64,000 nucleotides of DNA from Mizuhopecten yessoensis. Lineage: Eukaryota. This document shows, piece by piece, positions 1 through 11,030 of the stretch (positions within the stretch are counted from its first letter, which is position 1; each line of letters starts with the position of its first letter). The notes under the pieces are model-generated. The model ran no database searches, was not told where the DNA came from, and saw only the letters and a list, made by a program, of their open reading frames with translations. The stretch spans positions 4,911 to 68,910 of the forward strand of contig NW_018479870.1 of assembly GCF_002113885.1 (NCBI RefSeq). The letters run 5' to 3'. Made by a program: the position numbers and the translations under genes.

Positions 1-1105
1 ATTTAGAAACTCAATTAATACTACTGGTTATATTCTATGGAACATTTTTGTTGTGTATAATATATTGGCATGTTTACAACTTTCTGCCTCATATAATGCT
101 TCATTAACCAAGATCGCAAACATATATATAACTGTGAGTGTGATACTATGCTAGTGTCGTATATAATATTATCCAATTAAAATGGTTTGCAAAACTTGAA
201 TGGGTTTTAGAGACCAAGCTGATTTTTACAATTATATTCCAACGGAGGAGTGCTTTTAAAAGTCTTTGAAGGGCCCAGGATTCATTGTGTTATTATCTAA
301 ATAACATTTGTTAAATATGATTTTTATCTCAAGTTATAGCATTCTCCGATAAAAGACGGTCTGATCAACTTAATCCTAAAGTCAAAGAAGTCACGTGTGA
401 AAACCTGATTTTGTTTTTTGTGCAAATAATTCTTTTACAAAATCACTAAATACTAATGACGCTTTCAGACTGTAAATAAAACTATCTACATATTGTTTTG
501 TAATATATCAATTTTGGCCATGATAGCTGAATGATAGTAGGGTACTTACATATTGATTAACTTTATTAAGACAATATTTATACTAATAACAAAAATTACA
601 ACACGTCGATGCTGAGAGCCGAACACTTACACACGTATCCCGACACATATAGAAAGTGGGAATGTAAAGTGGGGGTCTACAGTATACGTGGTAATTCATA
701 TTTTTTTGTTCTCCGTGCAGTAAACAAATTAATAGGTGTCAAATGAAATAAAAGGAACACCCCGGTGCACCGAATTTTTACACGATCTTGCTATCGTTCG
801 ATGTTGGGTAGGGAGGGGCAAAATGTTAAATAACACTACAGCAAGCTGTGATCATGTTCATAATAGCTTAGTGTTAAATATTTTAATTTATTCATACACC
901 AACATGAACGTTAAATACAAACCATTCGTCTTCAATCGAGCAAGTTCCATTCTGACTCTGTATAGATATCGTCTCTGTCGCCATCTTGTTATTCCCTCGC
1001 AGTCTCACCAACAACCGGTGATGATTGGTCGGCCAATCAAAATTCGTGTCTTAAAGTTGTTATTACAAATAAGGTCTTTACACATTTTCTCCCATCCGGC
1101 CCCTG
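1..1105. mobile_element. Terminal part of a probable hAT-like DNA element (other end outside the window)
   Basis: Ends in CCGGCCCCTG (reverse complement CAGGGGCCGG, a hAT-type terminus). Homology to the paralogous promoter at 49303 starts exactly at the next base (TCGATACC, 1106). Confidence 0.45.
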
Positions 1106-1113
1106 TCGATACC

Positions 1114-1182
1114 ATGGACTCTGCCACACATACAGGTGAGAACAGTGATGCATGTAAGTCGTATATAAACTGTGCAATATAG
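1114..1182 (+). pseudogene. Truncated duplicate of the TRIM-like start (MDSATHTGE...), a possible uORF
   Basis: Resembles MECATHTGEK of the full genes. A paralogous start fragment lies at 49311. Confidence 0.6.
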
Positions 1183-1273
1183 GCTACACATACTTGAAGT
1201 GTGCTCATAAAATTATAACCACTGTGCTAGTATATATGACTTTTTATCAGTTATTTATTATCAATAAATTGAC

Positions 1274-1296
1274 TGATGACGTAACAAAAGTATACC
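1274..1296 (+). promoter_or_regulatory. Conserved upstream block with an ATF/CREB-like TGACGTAA site
   Basis: (C/T)GATGACGTAACAAAAGTATACC recurs upstream of copies at about 11390 (variant), 32130, 36010 and 49478. Confidence 0.5.
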
Positions 1297-1407
1297 AAAA
1301 CATGATTTTGAGCTGAAGACATCTATGGGGGTGTTCGTTTAGAACCCGAGTTACAACTCGACACCCGTGTTTCATTCAAGAACGACGGGAGTATAACACG
1401 CGAGTTC

Positions 1408-1602
1408 TTGATTTGATTGATTGATTGATGGGGCTTTACGTCCTTGTTCCGGTTATAACCGAGCCTAGGACAAAAAAAAAAAAAGGGGGGGGGGGGGTAT
1501 GGTTGCAATTCCGCCTTTTGAGTGTTGCCAAAAAGTTCTAAAATGGAGGATATGGGAACCTAACCTCCATTTTAGAACTTTTTGGCAACACTCAAAAGGC
1601 GG
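1408..1602 (-). mobile_element. Short retroposed (SINE-tail-like) insertion with a 13-bp target duplication, carrying a hairpin
   Basis: AACACGCGAGTTC is repeated directly at 1395-1407 and 1603-1615. The insert begins with a (TTGA)n tract that reads as an antisense SINE-like tail. Confidence 0.55.
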
Positions 1603-1604
1603 AA
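1509..1604. repeat. Perfect inverted repeat with 41-bp arms and a 14-nt loop
   Basis: TTCCGCCTTTTGAGTGTTGCCAAAAAGTTCTAAAATGGAGG followed by its exact reverse complement. Confidence 0.95.
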
Positions 1605-1667
1605 CACGCGAGTTCCGAAACTGGGTCAAGAGTATACTCCCCGATTTTACAGGGTCGACGAGAGTTA

Positions 1668-1688
1668 TGACGTCACAAACATGGCGGA
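1668..1688 (+). promoter_or_regulatory. CRE (TGACGTCA) plus YY1-like AAACATGGCG at the predicted start of the transposon accessory gene
   Basis: Motifs read directly. The ATG at 1681 is followed by the donor CAG|GTGAGG. Confidence 0.5.
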
Positions 1689-3287
1689 CGAAAGCAGGTG
1701 AGGTTAATGTGTTTTATTTAATCTCGAATATCGTCTTAAAAAATAAGTCAACATCAAATAATTTTATAAAAAATAACTTTAAATGATACAGAACGTATTA
1801 TCTGATGATAACTTGGCAGTGTTGATGCCTATGGTGCTCGGGGACTGGTTCTGATGAAGTATGCTACTTTGATGATCTTGTACTAAGGTAAGGTCATAAT
1901 GATAATGCTGATAATGTACATACATACGTGTTTCATTGTGAATGTGAATAATATCGCAACCAGAAAAAAATAAATCAATCGAGGTTGATGTTTTGCAGTT
2001 CAAGTCCAGGATATTGGCAACAAACTCGTCTAACATATAGTGATGGGACCACCTACCTAGTCAAACTGGACATGCCAACGATTCAACGTTTAGAGAATGG
2101 AGGTGGGAAGTCCAAAATAACTTTAATTTGGTATCATTTCTAGTATTAAACCATGTCGAGATTAATTTTAAGAAGGAGAAAGTACAAGAATTACATGAGT
2201 TTAATCTAAACATCCTTATTGACATCCAAGATGAAAGACCGAGATGATGAATATATTAAGTACGTTTTTTTGTGCATTAATTTAGATTATACACATGCAT
2301 ATCTGTAACAATTTACATGCACTAAATGTAGTTACAAAATGTGCTAAATATATAAAGCAAATCAGATCAATTTAGAAATCTGAATCTTGGAAATTATTTA
2401 TCTATGGGTTTTGCTAGTTGTCTATTCTATACTCTTCCCTTTAAAAACATGTTTGAAACATCTCATTTTCTCTTTTGCTTATTTTGTAGATACTCAACTT
2501 CTTGAAACAATCAGGGCTAATATAGAATCATCAAAATTGAAAAAAAACTCTTCAGCCACAGGTGGTGCATTGGCGTCGTCCTCCAACAACTACCCTCCAT
2601 CCGTCACAGGTGGTGCATTGGCGTCATCCTCCAACAACGACCCTCCATCCGTCACAGGTGGTGCATTGGCGTCATCCTCCAACAACGACCCTCCATCCGT
2701 CACAGGTGGTGCATTGGCGTCATCCTCCACTGAAGAAAATCTTCCAAAATTTTGGGGAAGACGAGAAACAGCTCTACTGTTTGACTTGCGATCAACTATG
2801 GAATCCGACTTTCATTCCATGAGAACACACAAAGAAAAAAATAAGTGAAAGCATGAATAAGAAGGGGTACAAATATACGCCTACACAATGTGAGAACAAG
2901 TTTAAGAGTTTGAAACGAGAATACAGGAACACTGTGGATCACAATTCAAAATCTGGAAACGACAAAAAGTCTTGTCCTTTTTTTTCCGAGTTTCAGGAGT
3001 TGTATGGCATGAACGCCTCCACAAGACCATCAGTGGCGATTAGCTCCAGCAGAGGCATGACTATGGAGGGCAATAGTACCGAGACTAACCAGACTAGTCA
3101 GACTCCAAGCAAGACGAGACGAGACAGGAAAAGGAAAGAGAGACCTGAATGGCTTGAAAATTTAGACACCAGGCAAGTAGAAAGACACAAAGACAAGATG
3201 GCAGCTATGGACAGGCTGATATCAGTTCTTGAAAAAGGGTTTTCCAAGGTGGGGATTATTTTTGGTCTCATTAGATGTATAGAGTAG
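1681..3287 (+). CDS. Harbinger accessory Myb/SANT-like (trihelix) DNA-binding protein, spliced, with a frameshift near 2835-2841
   Basis: Phase-consistent model: exon 1 1681-1697, exon 2 1999-2102, exon 3 from 2490 (MADESS..LENG|DTQLL..). Myb/SANT motif WGRRETALL...MNKKGYKYTPTQCENKFKSLKREY...CPFFSEFQELYG. The frame shifts at the A7 run and the middle conserved Trp is missing, suggesting a small deletion. Confidence 0.75.
2558..2729 (+). repeat. 48-bp coding tandem repeat, about 3.6 copies (TGGALASSSNNDPPSV)
   Basis: Units start at 2558, 2606, 2654 and 2702. Confidence 0.95.
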
Positions 3288-3720
3288 TACTAGTGAATGA
3301 AGCATATTATATAGTGGTGTTCGTCTTTAACTCCCTCCTCCAAGAAAAACATTAAATGTTGCTATAATATGATATGAGCTTATTCTGTACCATGGCGTCT
3401 GCCTGTCGTCCGTCAACTAAAAGAACTAATAGGCCGGAATGGCGAAGTAGATTTTGACTACTTGGCCTTTTTGTTTGCAATGCTGTTTGTCTTTAAATGG
3501 TGACAGTTGTACAAAGTTCAGTAAAATAACTTCTGTTTAAACACAGGTTTTGTTATCACGGTTTGTGTCCACAAGGAGATACCAACAATAATTTAAAGTT
3601 GCTCAAGATGCATTCAAATAGATTTCTTAGAATACATTTTACGTTTGCCAAATTTTATTATAAACATGTTTTCATTTTTTAGACATTTAAACATGAATGT
3701 TTAATGATTTTTTTTTTCAG

Positions 3721-4339
3721 AATCATCAGCCTGCCACAGACAATCCTCATGGAAGTTCTTAGGCATCTTAACATTACTGATCAGCTGTGTTTAGCTTCAA
3801 CAAGTAGAGGAATGAGAAGAAATATCCTGGGAACCTTCACCAATATAAATGTGTCTTGTAAACAGACACCTAGAAGTGTTCCAGACTTCCACTTCCTGAA
3901 CATTATATGTTCATTGACAAAACTTGTGATCAGAGCTAAAGCTAATACAACCATGCTCAGTCTGCTTTCTGCTCTGTACTCAGGGGCCCTATTTCAGTTA
4001 GAAATTTTGGAACTGATAGATGTAGGGTATTCTTTGCAGTCTCTCTACAATGTCATCATTGCTTTGCCAAATTTGCATTCCTTAGTTACACATGAAAGTA
4101 GGTCAGAACTCTCTGTGGAGTTTTTGGTAGAGTTGATGCAGAGGAAGAAAGGGCTACGGTATGTTAGTGGAAAAGTAACTACAAAGTGTCAAAGGGACGT
4201 TGAAAATTTGGCACAACTGTTGAACAGTAATGTGGGAAGGGTGACATTTGGTCACAGTATTATAGACAAAGTGCCACTTCAAATGTTGAAATGTGTACGA
4301 TACGCGTACAGTTTCCCAAATCCAAGTGGTCGTTATTGA
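3721..4339 (+). CDS. F-box plus LRR-like protein exon inside the Harbinger element
   Basis: IISLPQTILMEVLRHLNITDQLCLASTSRGMR matches the F-box consensus and is followed by LxxLxL repeats (LTKLVI, LEILEL, LPNLHSL). Strong acceptor (T)nCAG at 3720. Uninterrupted ORF to 4339. Confidence 0.75.
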
Positions 4340-4495
4340 AAGGAACACAATCAGTTTCAACTTCTCAAAAACTACATTAAAGAAATGTAATTGTTCAGTT
4401 TTCTTAATCATGAAAGAATTCATGTACATGCTGTCATTTTGTTTTCCATATGTCCATAATATGTTGTAATAAGTTTACACTAGCAGTCAGGTCAG

Positions 4496-4845
4496 ATGGG
4501 GCACCGTTTTAGTATTTATCTACGAAATGTGACATCACTAATTCAAATTAATGATATCAATGTATATTTATTGATATCATTAAATAATTATATCACTAAT
4601 TCAAATTGGTGATTTAACTTGATAGAATTAGTGATCACTAATTCATTTAATAATATCACATATCATATTATTGATATCACTAAATGCCCTGAATTGTTGC
4701 TATCACTAGTTTGACTAAGTGATATCAATAATTTCAATTAATAATATCTCAATAATTCTGGGCATTTAGTGATGTCATAAATTTATATTAATGATATCAA
4801 TAATGGAATCACACTTTGTAGACAAATACGAAAACAGTGCCCCAT
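4496..4845. mobile_element. MITE nested in the Harbinger element
   Basis: About 37-bp imperfect TIR ATGGGGCAC(C/T)GTTTT(A/C)GTATTT(A/G)TCTAC... with internal GATATCA/ATCACTAA repeats. Confidence 0.8.
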
Positions 4846-5108
4846 AATTATTTGTTCACACATTTTCTAAATATTATTGTTTGTATTATCATGTTTAATA
4901 GGTTTTATTCCATCATCAGTTGGTGACTTTTATTTTATATGTAATTGAAAAGTTATTTAAATCTGTGTTACCTGAGAGATACTCAAACGTTTTTATTTTG
5001 TTTTCCATTTAATAAAACAAGTTTGATTCATTTTACACTTTATCACATTGTCTTGTTTTCAAAAGCAGTGGCTAGTCTATGCAACCATGGCATGGTTTTC
5101 GAACACAG

Positions 5109-6328
5109 TTATCTGTTGGCATTGAGAAGCTGTACAATCTCATTTCTTTTCCGCACACCACGAGCATTATCCAAATACACAGGAGGATAGTTATTGACTA
5201 CTTGATTTCCGTCATAATTGTCCAAGTACTCGGACAGATCATCTTCATGTAATATACACATATTATGCAGGATACAACCGGACATAATGATTTCACAGGC
5301 ACTTTTCATGTCACGGCAGCTAAGATCTCTTAGGCGTCTGAATCGTTGTTTCATATGTCCTATTGAACGTTCTACTGTTTGACGTACTGATGACACCTTC
5401 TTGTTGAAATGCTTCTGTTGTGCACTCAGATTTCCAGTTTGTCTAAATGGCGTTATCATGACTTCTGATAAGGGATATGCACCATCTCCTGAAAGGCAAG
5501 GAAAAGGAAATTACTTATACTTCAAACATTGTCATATAGACTTTTTCTCAAAAATATGTGTAAATACATTACAGTACCTATTAAAAAATGTCCAGGGGCT
5601 ATCATTCCAGTTTGGAGACCATCAAAAAGAGGACTGTTCTTGTAAACTCTGGCATCGTGGACACTACCAGGCCACCCTACGTATGCGTCAATGATCAGCA
5701 TATTATGTGACACAACAACCTGTAGCTGGAGAGAAGGAAACCCTTTTCTGTCTATGTAACCAGAGTCCCCATTGGGAACACTTGACAGTCGGATGTGGGT
5801 CCCATCGATAAAACCAACGACTCCTGGTATTCCTGTACTGTTTTTAATTTCTTCTGCTGCTTCATCCTGTTCAGTCTGATCAGGCCAATGAATGTATTTC
5901 TGCATTTCGTTACATAACGCGAATGAAACTTCTCTCACACAACTAAAAACAGATGATTTTGATACATTAAATAGGCGTGATATTTCCCTCATACAATCTT
6001 GGTTTGCCATGTACCACAAAAATATCAGCAATTTGTGGTTAGGTTTCAAGGGATCCCTTCCACAAGGGCGGTCAGTGCTCTCAATGTGAGGAACAACTTC
6101 GTTTAGAAGAATGTCAAACGTATTACGAGTTATCCTGAAATCTCTTTTGAACTCTCTGTCATCAAATCTGTCCATCACGAGTTCAACGAACCCAGTTACC
6201 TTCGGAACAGCATTTGGGAATTTATGGTACGCTAAACAGTGTGTAAGATATTCCTCCTCGTCGTCGGAATCGTTGATAATCAGTTCACAACACACTATTG
6301 TCGGAATGACTGCTGTGTTTTCCTCCAT
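5109..6328 (-). CDS. PIF/Harbinger DDE transposase (HARBI1-like), two exons, apparently intact (about 376 aa)
   Basis: Exon 6328-5578, GT-AG intron 5577-5489, exon 5488-5109. Splicing restores LIGDGAYPL. Motifs FKRDFRITR, IDGTHI, GWPGSVHDARV, VERSIGHMKQRFRRL and CILHN are present. The start Met (MEENTAV) is inferred. Confidence 0.93.
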
Positions 6329-6543
6329 GTTGAGAACCCGACTGTTGTGATCTCTGCGTTTTTGACACGCTTGACTATTATTATATCTGCGCATGTCTGG
6401 ATTCAACCCTCGAGTTTCCGTCACGAACACCCCCTATTTATAGCAACCTATCAATAGCGTGGTTAGCGACGTAATTCAATACAGCCTGACGCGTATACAT
6501 GGAATACTGTAAACGATAAACGTAATAAACCAGCTTTAATACC

Positions 6544-8022
6544 ATGGAGTGTGACACACATACAGGTGAGAAAGTTTTCATGGTGTGTATATCATGTGAC
6601 AAGTTCCCCTTTGCCTGTGGAAATTGTCTTGAAGAGAAGCATGTAAAGCACGAAGTTCAGACATTGAGGAACGCCGCTCATTCTATCCTTCAGAATCTGG
6701 AAAAGGTAGAAACCGAGAATGTGCGGGTGTTTAAAGAGATCAAGTCGGATCTAGAGGGTCTCACCGAAATCAGAGAGGATCTGAAACAGGATGCTAATAA
6801 CGTAGATGATGAGATCGCGAAACGTGTTGATGTTATCAGAAGCAAAATCGACGAAGTCAACACGGAAGTAATACAGAAACACAAAACGGAAGTCGGTAAG
6901 AACGCGGAGTCCATTGACAGAACGGAGGAAGCTCTGAAAAAACAGGTGGCCCAAATAAAAACGTTCAAAAAGAAGGTAGCTCAGCTACAGAAGATGAACG
7001 ACTACGTGGACGTGATTGAGTCGGGAAGGGAGGTTAAGGTGCCGGATACCAACCGCATCCCTAGGCCGGACATACAAGCCCTAACATTTAGCCCCGGGAC
7101 TGTCAGGGACGGAGAACTTAAACGAATGTTTGGAGGTATTAACACCATGTCGTCTGACTTCGTTGGTTCGATCGAAAGAGAATCAAATATCAAAGTAACA
7201 CCAGTAACATCCTTCAAACTTCCTAAAGATGATGGCATAGATACTATGTTTTGTTCTAAGCCAGGACATTGCTGGTTAAAATGTAAGGATAAAAACACCG
7301 TTAAACTTTTAAACACCTCTGGAGAAACTTTGCAAGCTGTCAAGCTAGAAACGCAGACAAATGGATTTACTGTCACTTCAAATAACAGGTTACTGTTCTG
7401 TTGTGCAACTCCGCAATGTGTCAAGAAAATGAACCTTCCAAACGGAGAGATCACAGAGAAGTTCAGCACTAGTCCACTGACACCCAACTACATATGTACA
7501 GGTCCGTCTGGGGACATATACGTGACGCTGTTTGACAAGAATGATTACAAATTAAAAAAAGACAGTACCCGTGTGTTGATCCAATACAACAGTAGGGGAC
7601 TAGAAAAGGCTCGGTGTCAGACAGATGTCTTTGGCGAATGTCTCTTTGTTGTACCAATGGACGTCTTTGTGAACAATAAGGGCACCCGAGTGGCAGTAAT
7701 TAACGAGATTCGTGTCAATCGCAGCGAGTTAGTTGTTCTTGACCAGGACCTATCTCCTCTCTTTGTCTATACAGGACCCAGCGTGTTGACAGGCAGATCA
7801 CTGTCAGGGTTTAAGATTAATGGTGCTACGTTTGATACAAGAGACAATATTTTGGTTGCTGAAGAGAATAGTCAAACTATCCAGTTGTTGAGTCCATCTT
7901 GTGAGCCCCTTAAGGTCCTGAGGGCCATGGAAGCCTCACCATGGACCTTGTCCTTGCATGGGAATGAGGTTTGGGTAGGGTATGATGAAGGAGAAGTAGA
8001 TGTCTTCAGGTATTCTTACTAA
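6544..8022 (+). CDS. RING-less TRIM-like protein (B-box, coiled coil, NHL/beta-propeller), copy 1, intact, 492 aa
   Basis: B-box CxxH..CxxC..CxxC..HxxH, heptad-rich helical region, propeller blades (GFTVTSNNRLLFC, PNYICTGPSGDIYV, FDTRDNILVAE, PWTLSLHGNEVWVG). Confidence 0.9.
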   Translation: MECDTHTGEKVFMVCISCDKFPFACGNCLEEKHVKHEVQTLRNAAHSILQNLEKVETENVRVFKEIKSDLEGLTEIREDLKQDANNVDDEIAKRVDVIRSKIDEVNTEVIQKHKTEVGKNAESIDRTEEALKKQVAQIKTFKKKVAQLQKMNDYVDVIESGREVKVPDTNRIPRPDIQALTFSPGTVRDGELKRMFGGINTMSSDFVGSIERESNIKVTPVTSFKLPKDDGIDTMFCSKPGHCWLKCKDKNTVKLLNTSGETLQAVKLETQTNGFTVTSNNRLLFCCATPQCVKKMNLPNGEITEKFSTSPLTPNYICTGPSGDIYVTLFDKNDYKLKKDSTRVLIQYNSRGLEKARCQTDVFGECLFVVPMDVFVNNKGTRVAVINEIRVNRSELVVLDQDLSPLFVYTGPSVLTGRSLSGFKINGATFDTRDNILVAEENSQTIQLLSPSCEPLKVLRAMEASPWTLSLHGNEVWVGYDEGEVDVFRYSY

Positions 8023-8679
8023 GGTATGTTAACGCTACAGCTTGACCAAAAAGATAATATGAGATGAAGTCATAATTTCTAATGTAATAATATCTTTGAT
8101 ATATATACATGTAGCTTGCATCCGAGTCAATCTCATAATTAACGTATTAGGAGAAAAGTCCAGATAAGAACTAGTTTATTTGGAGTTACCAAACAGATGA
8201 ACGGGATATTTGAAAATGAAAACATAAATCAAATATGTATTTCTAGTTGTCCAAATTTTTTCATGATTTTAAGCTATATTAATGGTATCCCATTGATGAT
8301 GACGTCATTGGTCAGGTTAAGATTTGCGCTATTGACTATATAAAACAGCCCCACTGTCAATATTTTCCAACAAACTAAACCAATATTTGTCACTATATTT
8401 TAACATATTAACTACAGCAACAGTTTCAAATTGAAAACTCATGTTTCTTTGTAGATAATTTACTCGATGAACTCCTTGGGAATCTCTGTCCCAGCTTTGG
8501 TGGTAACGGGTTGATGCTGGTCATCGGACATGTTTTGTTGTATGGAAGGCAGATTAAATAAAAAGGGAAAGAGCAGACAGATAATTGGGTGTGTGCGGAG
8601 CTATCCAAAATTGCCGGCACGGGCGCTTTACATGATGTCCAGGTATTTTGTTATGTGCGGAGCTATGTAGACAAGGAAT

Positions 8680-8860
8680 ACAGTGTATAGAGCACAAGGC
8701 TTTCACCAAGATAGCTGGGGTTCGACTGCCTGACGTGAAAAAATGTCATCTACCCCACCACGTGGGTTTTTTCCAGATATTCCGGTTTCAGCATACATTC
8801 AGACCACCTGCGCACTAACATTTAGGCAAATAAGTGTGATAAATTTAGGTTGATAACGAT
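8680..8860 (+). mobile_element. Degenerate tRNA-derived SINE with a V/Meta-like central domain (paralogues near 13840, 34265, 52995)
   Basis: B-box-like GGTTCGACTGCC followed by CACGTGGGTTTTTTCCAGATATTCCGGTTTC. Confidence 0.5.
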
Positions 8861-10704
8861 TGTTGCATAATAACATTTGTATATGTATTATAAGAAAAAC
8901 TGCAACCAGATATTGTATATGTCAGAGGCCGAAGACAGATTCAGATGGAATGTGCAGATATAAGGGTAATATTGGTGAGTAGTCCGATTTAATGTGTGAT
9001 GAAGTGTGGCTAGATCTATGGTGTCTAATTATTGTACATATTAAGATTATGGTTACTAATATTTGATATCAATGTACTTCTATGAGATTGATGTATTTGG
9101 GGTTTTGAAGGGGAGTTCGATGGTAATTAATACCCAGGACAACCAGTAACGTTGTTAAGCCTTTGGCCATTTGATCTTTCCTGGGATATTTACCACAATT
9201 CATTCGTGAGTACATAACATGTCTTTGAAGGTTTATTTTCGGTCCATTTCATTGAAGATTAAACTTTAATTGAACGATACTCTCTGCACATTAACAATTT
9301 GAAAAGAAACAAGTTCAATTGCCAGTGGGAAATAGGAAAACAATAATGCGAAGAAGTCAAGAAATGTTCCTCATAGCCTCAAGTAATTAATTATCGTAAT
9401 TATAAATAATGCATCAGATCAGTTACTCAAATATCTTTTTCTGTCTTAATCAAATGTGCTAGTTAACCCGTTTTCCTGTCTTTCCTCTTCCCTGTGCGTA
9501 AGCTATATCATAGATACTGTTGTATAAACTGGAATTTTACAAGGAAAGGGCACAACATGTTAGTAAAATTAAGGTACAATACGTCTTTAAGATATTGCAA
9601 TTAAACTATGTTCAACCCCTAAACGTGGATTTTTGGTTTGCGAAAATTTCAGCATTTTCACTTCAAACTATTCACGTTGTGTACCCGTTGATCACTCTAA
9701 ACAACACAATGTGTGACAGAGAGATAATACAACGTTAAGGACGCGAAGTCACAACATGAATATCTACAAAATGAGAGAGCAATCAGGCATGATCTCCTCC
9801 CAATTCACATGCCATTTCTTTGTACATGTGTACTGTTGTATATAATATATCTATACTATACAGCTGTACCCATATCAAGGGTAGCTTTATCTGTCATATT
9901 TACCTATATAGAAGTATATGCGCTTGTGCTACATGAAACATGTATTGTCTACCTTAGTTTTTCATTTCTATGTAACGTGCCTATTAGTTATATTGTTTTT
10001 AGATGTCTGAATAGCTTAGTTCGTATTTAACATTTTAACTGAACCTATCAAATAGTGGAAATAGGTCGAAAGATATTTATACCTTCAAGATACATGCACA
10101 CTGTAAACCAGCAAACTGCTATAAGAACGAAAGTGAAACTAGTTGTGATATGCCAAGCCTAAAATAGTGTGACTTTACCATTAATACACACGCGGAAATC
10201 GATTATCGAGCATAAATTCCTATATAACGCTTGAATGGATCGTTTTCATTTATCACAATGCTATTTTATTATCATGAGTATACAGCACAAAGCTACACGA
10301 AAATTGTTACACAATAAACACAACTTTGATCCAAACATGTGTTCTTTTCTATCAATAGTGCTGTTGCATTACATTATTGCTTAAATTCATGGATATTTAG
10401 ACTATAAATAGAGTAGAGTAATTTTACAAATTATATAGGGCGCTATATAAATGTTGTATATTATTATTATTATTATTATTATTATATAAATGTCCTATCA
10501 AATTAACACAAAGTCCAAGCCTTAGTACATGTTTTATCACAGATTTAACCACGAGTTCTGTTGGTAAACTTTACAATAAATGTTGTTTCTGCCTATTTAA
10601 GTTTATCATATCATTTAATGTGACGAATATCGTTACTGTTGTTACGATGATATTAGATCATCCATGGAAAATTTCAGTAAACGAGAGAGATCTGGTAAAT
10701 TGAG

Positions 10705-11030
10705 GCGAAAGTCCGACCTTGACGGTCTCACCAAAAATTAGAGAGAAACTGTAACTCGGATCAAATTTCGTAAAATAAAAAATGTTGAACATGAAAGTGA
10801 GTCTACAACGTAAAGAAGGGAGTACATCATATACCTAGAATGGGGCTTGGAAAGAACATGGATGCCGCATAAAAACCAAAGCAAGCTCTAATTAACAGTT
10901 ATCCCAAATTGCCAGAATCCAGAGACAGGTGGCTCAGCTTAAAGATATGAACAATTACGTTGACGTGATCGTAACTAGCAGAAACATGGAAGTCCCGAGG
11001 CACAGCTGCAACCTGAGGCTTAACTTACAA
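10705..11030 (+). pseudogene. Decayed TRIM-like coiled-coil fragment (copy 2)
   Basis: Similar to the CDS (GACCTTGACGGTCTCACC, GGGCTTGGAAAGAACATGGATGCC, AACAATTACGTTGACGTGATCGTAAC) with many indels and stops. Confidence 0.75.

Larger units (their letters stand above)
1327..6434. mobile_element. Full-length PIF/Harbinger DNA transposon with cargo
   Basis: Perfect 12-bp TIR GGGGGTGTTCGT/ACGAACACCCCC, imperfectly extendable. 3-bp TSD TAT at 1324-1326 and 6435-6437. The paralogous empty site at about 49535-49560 (GAGCTGAGGACATA-TAT-TTATAGCAACC) has a single TAT. Contains a DDE transposase and a Myb/SANT gene in convergent orientation. Confidence 0.95.

Noticed and set aside
736-1182. 148-aa ORF
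   Set aside because: It spans a transposon terminus and the false-start fragment, and has no coherent domain.
6329-6430. N-terminal extension of the transposase ORF as given in the ORF track
   Set aside because: It starts at a GTG inside the TIR. The ATG at 6328 gives a typical HARBI1-like length.
6690-7657. Antisense ORFs overlapping TRIM-like CDSs, recurring in several copies
   Set aside because: Shadow ORFs that recur only because the sense genes are duplicated. No recognisable motifs.
8017-8040. TACTAAG-GTATGT-TAAC-GCTACAG read as a complete micro-intron
   Set aside because: About 17 nt is too short for a metazoan spliceosomal intron, and the motif is absent in the copy 11 type. Only the donor is kept as a finding.
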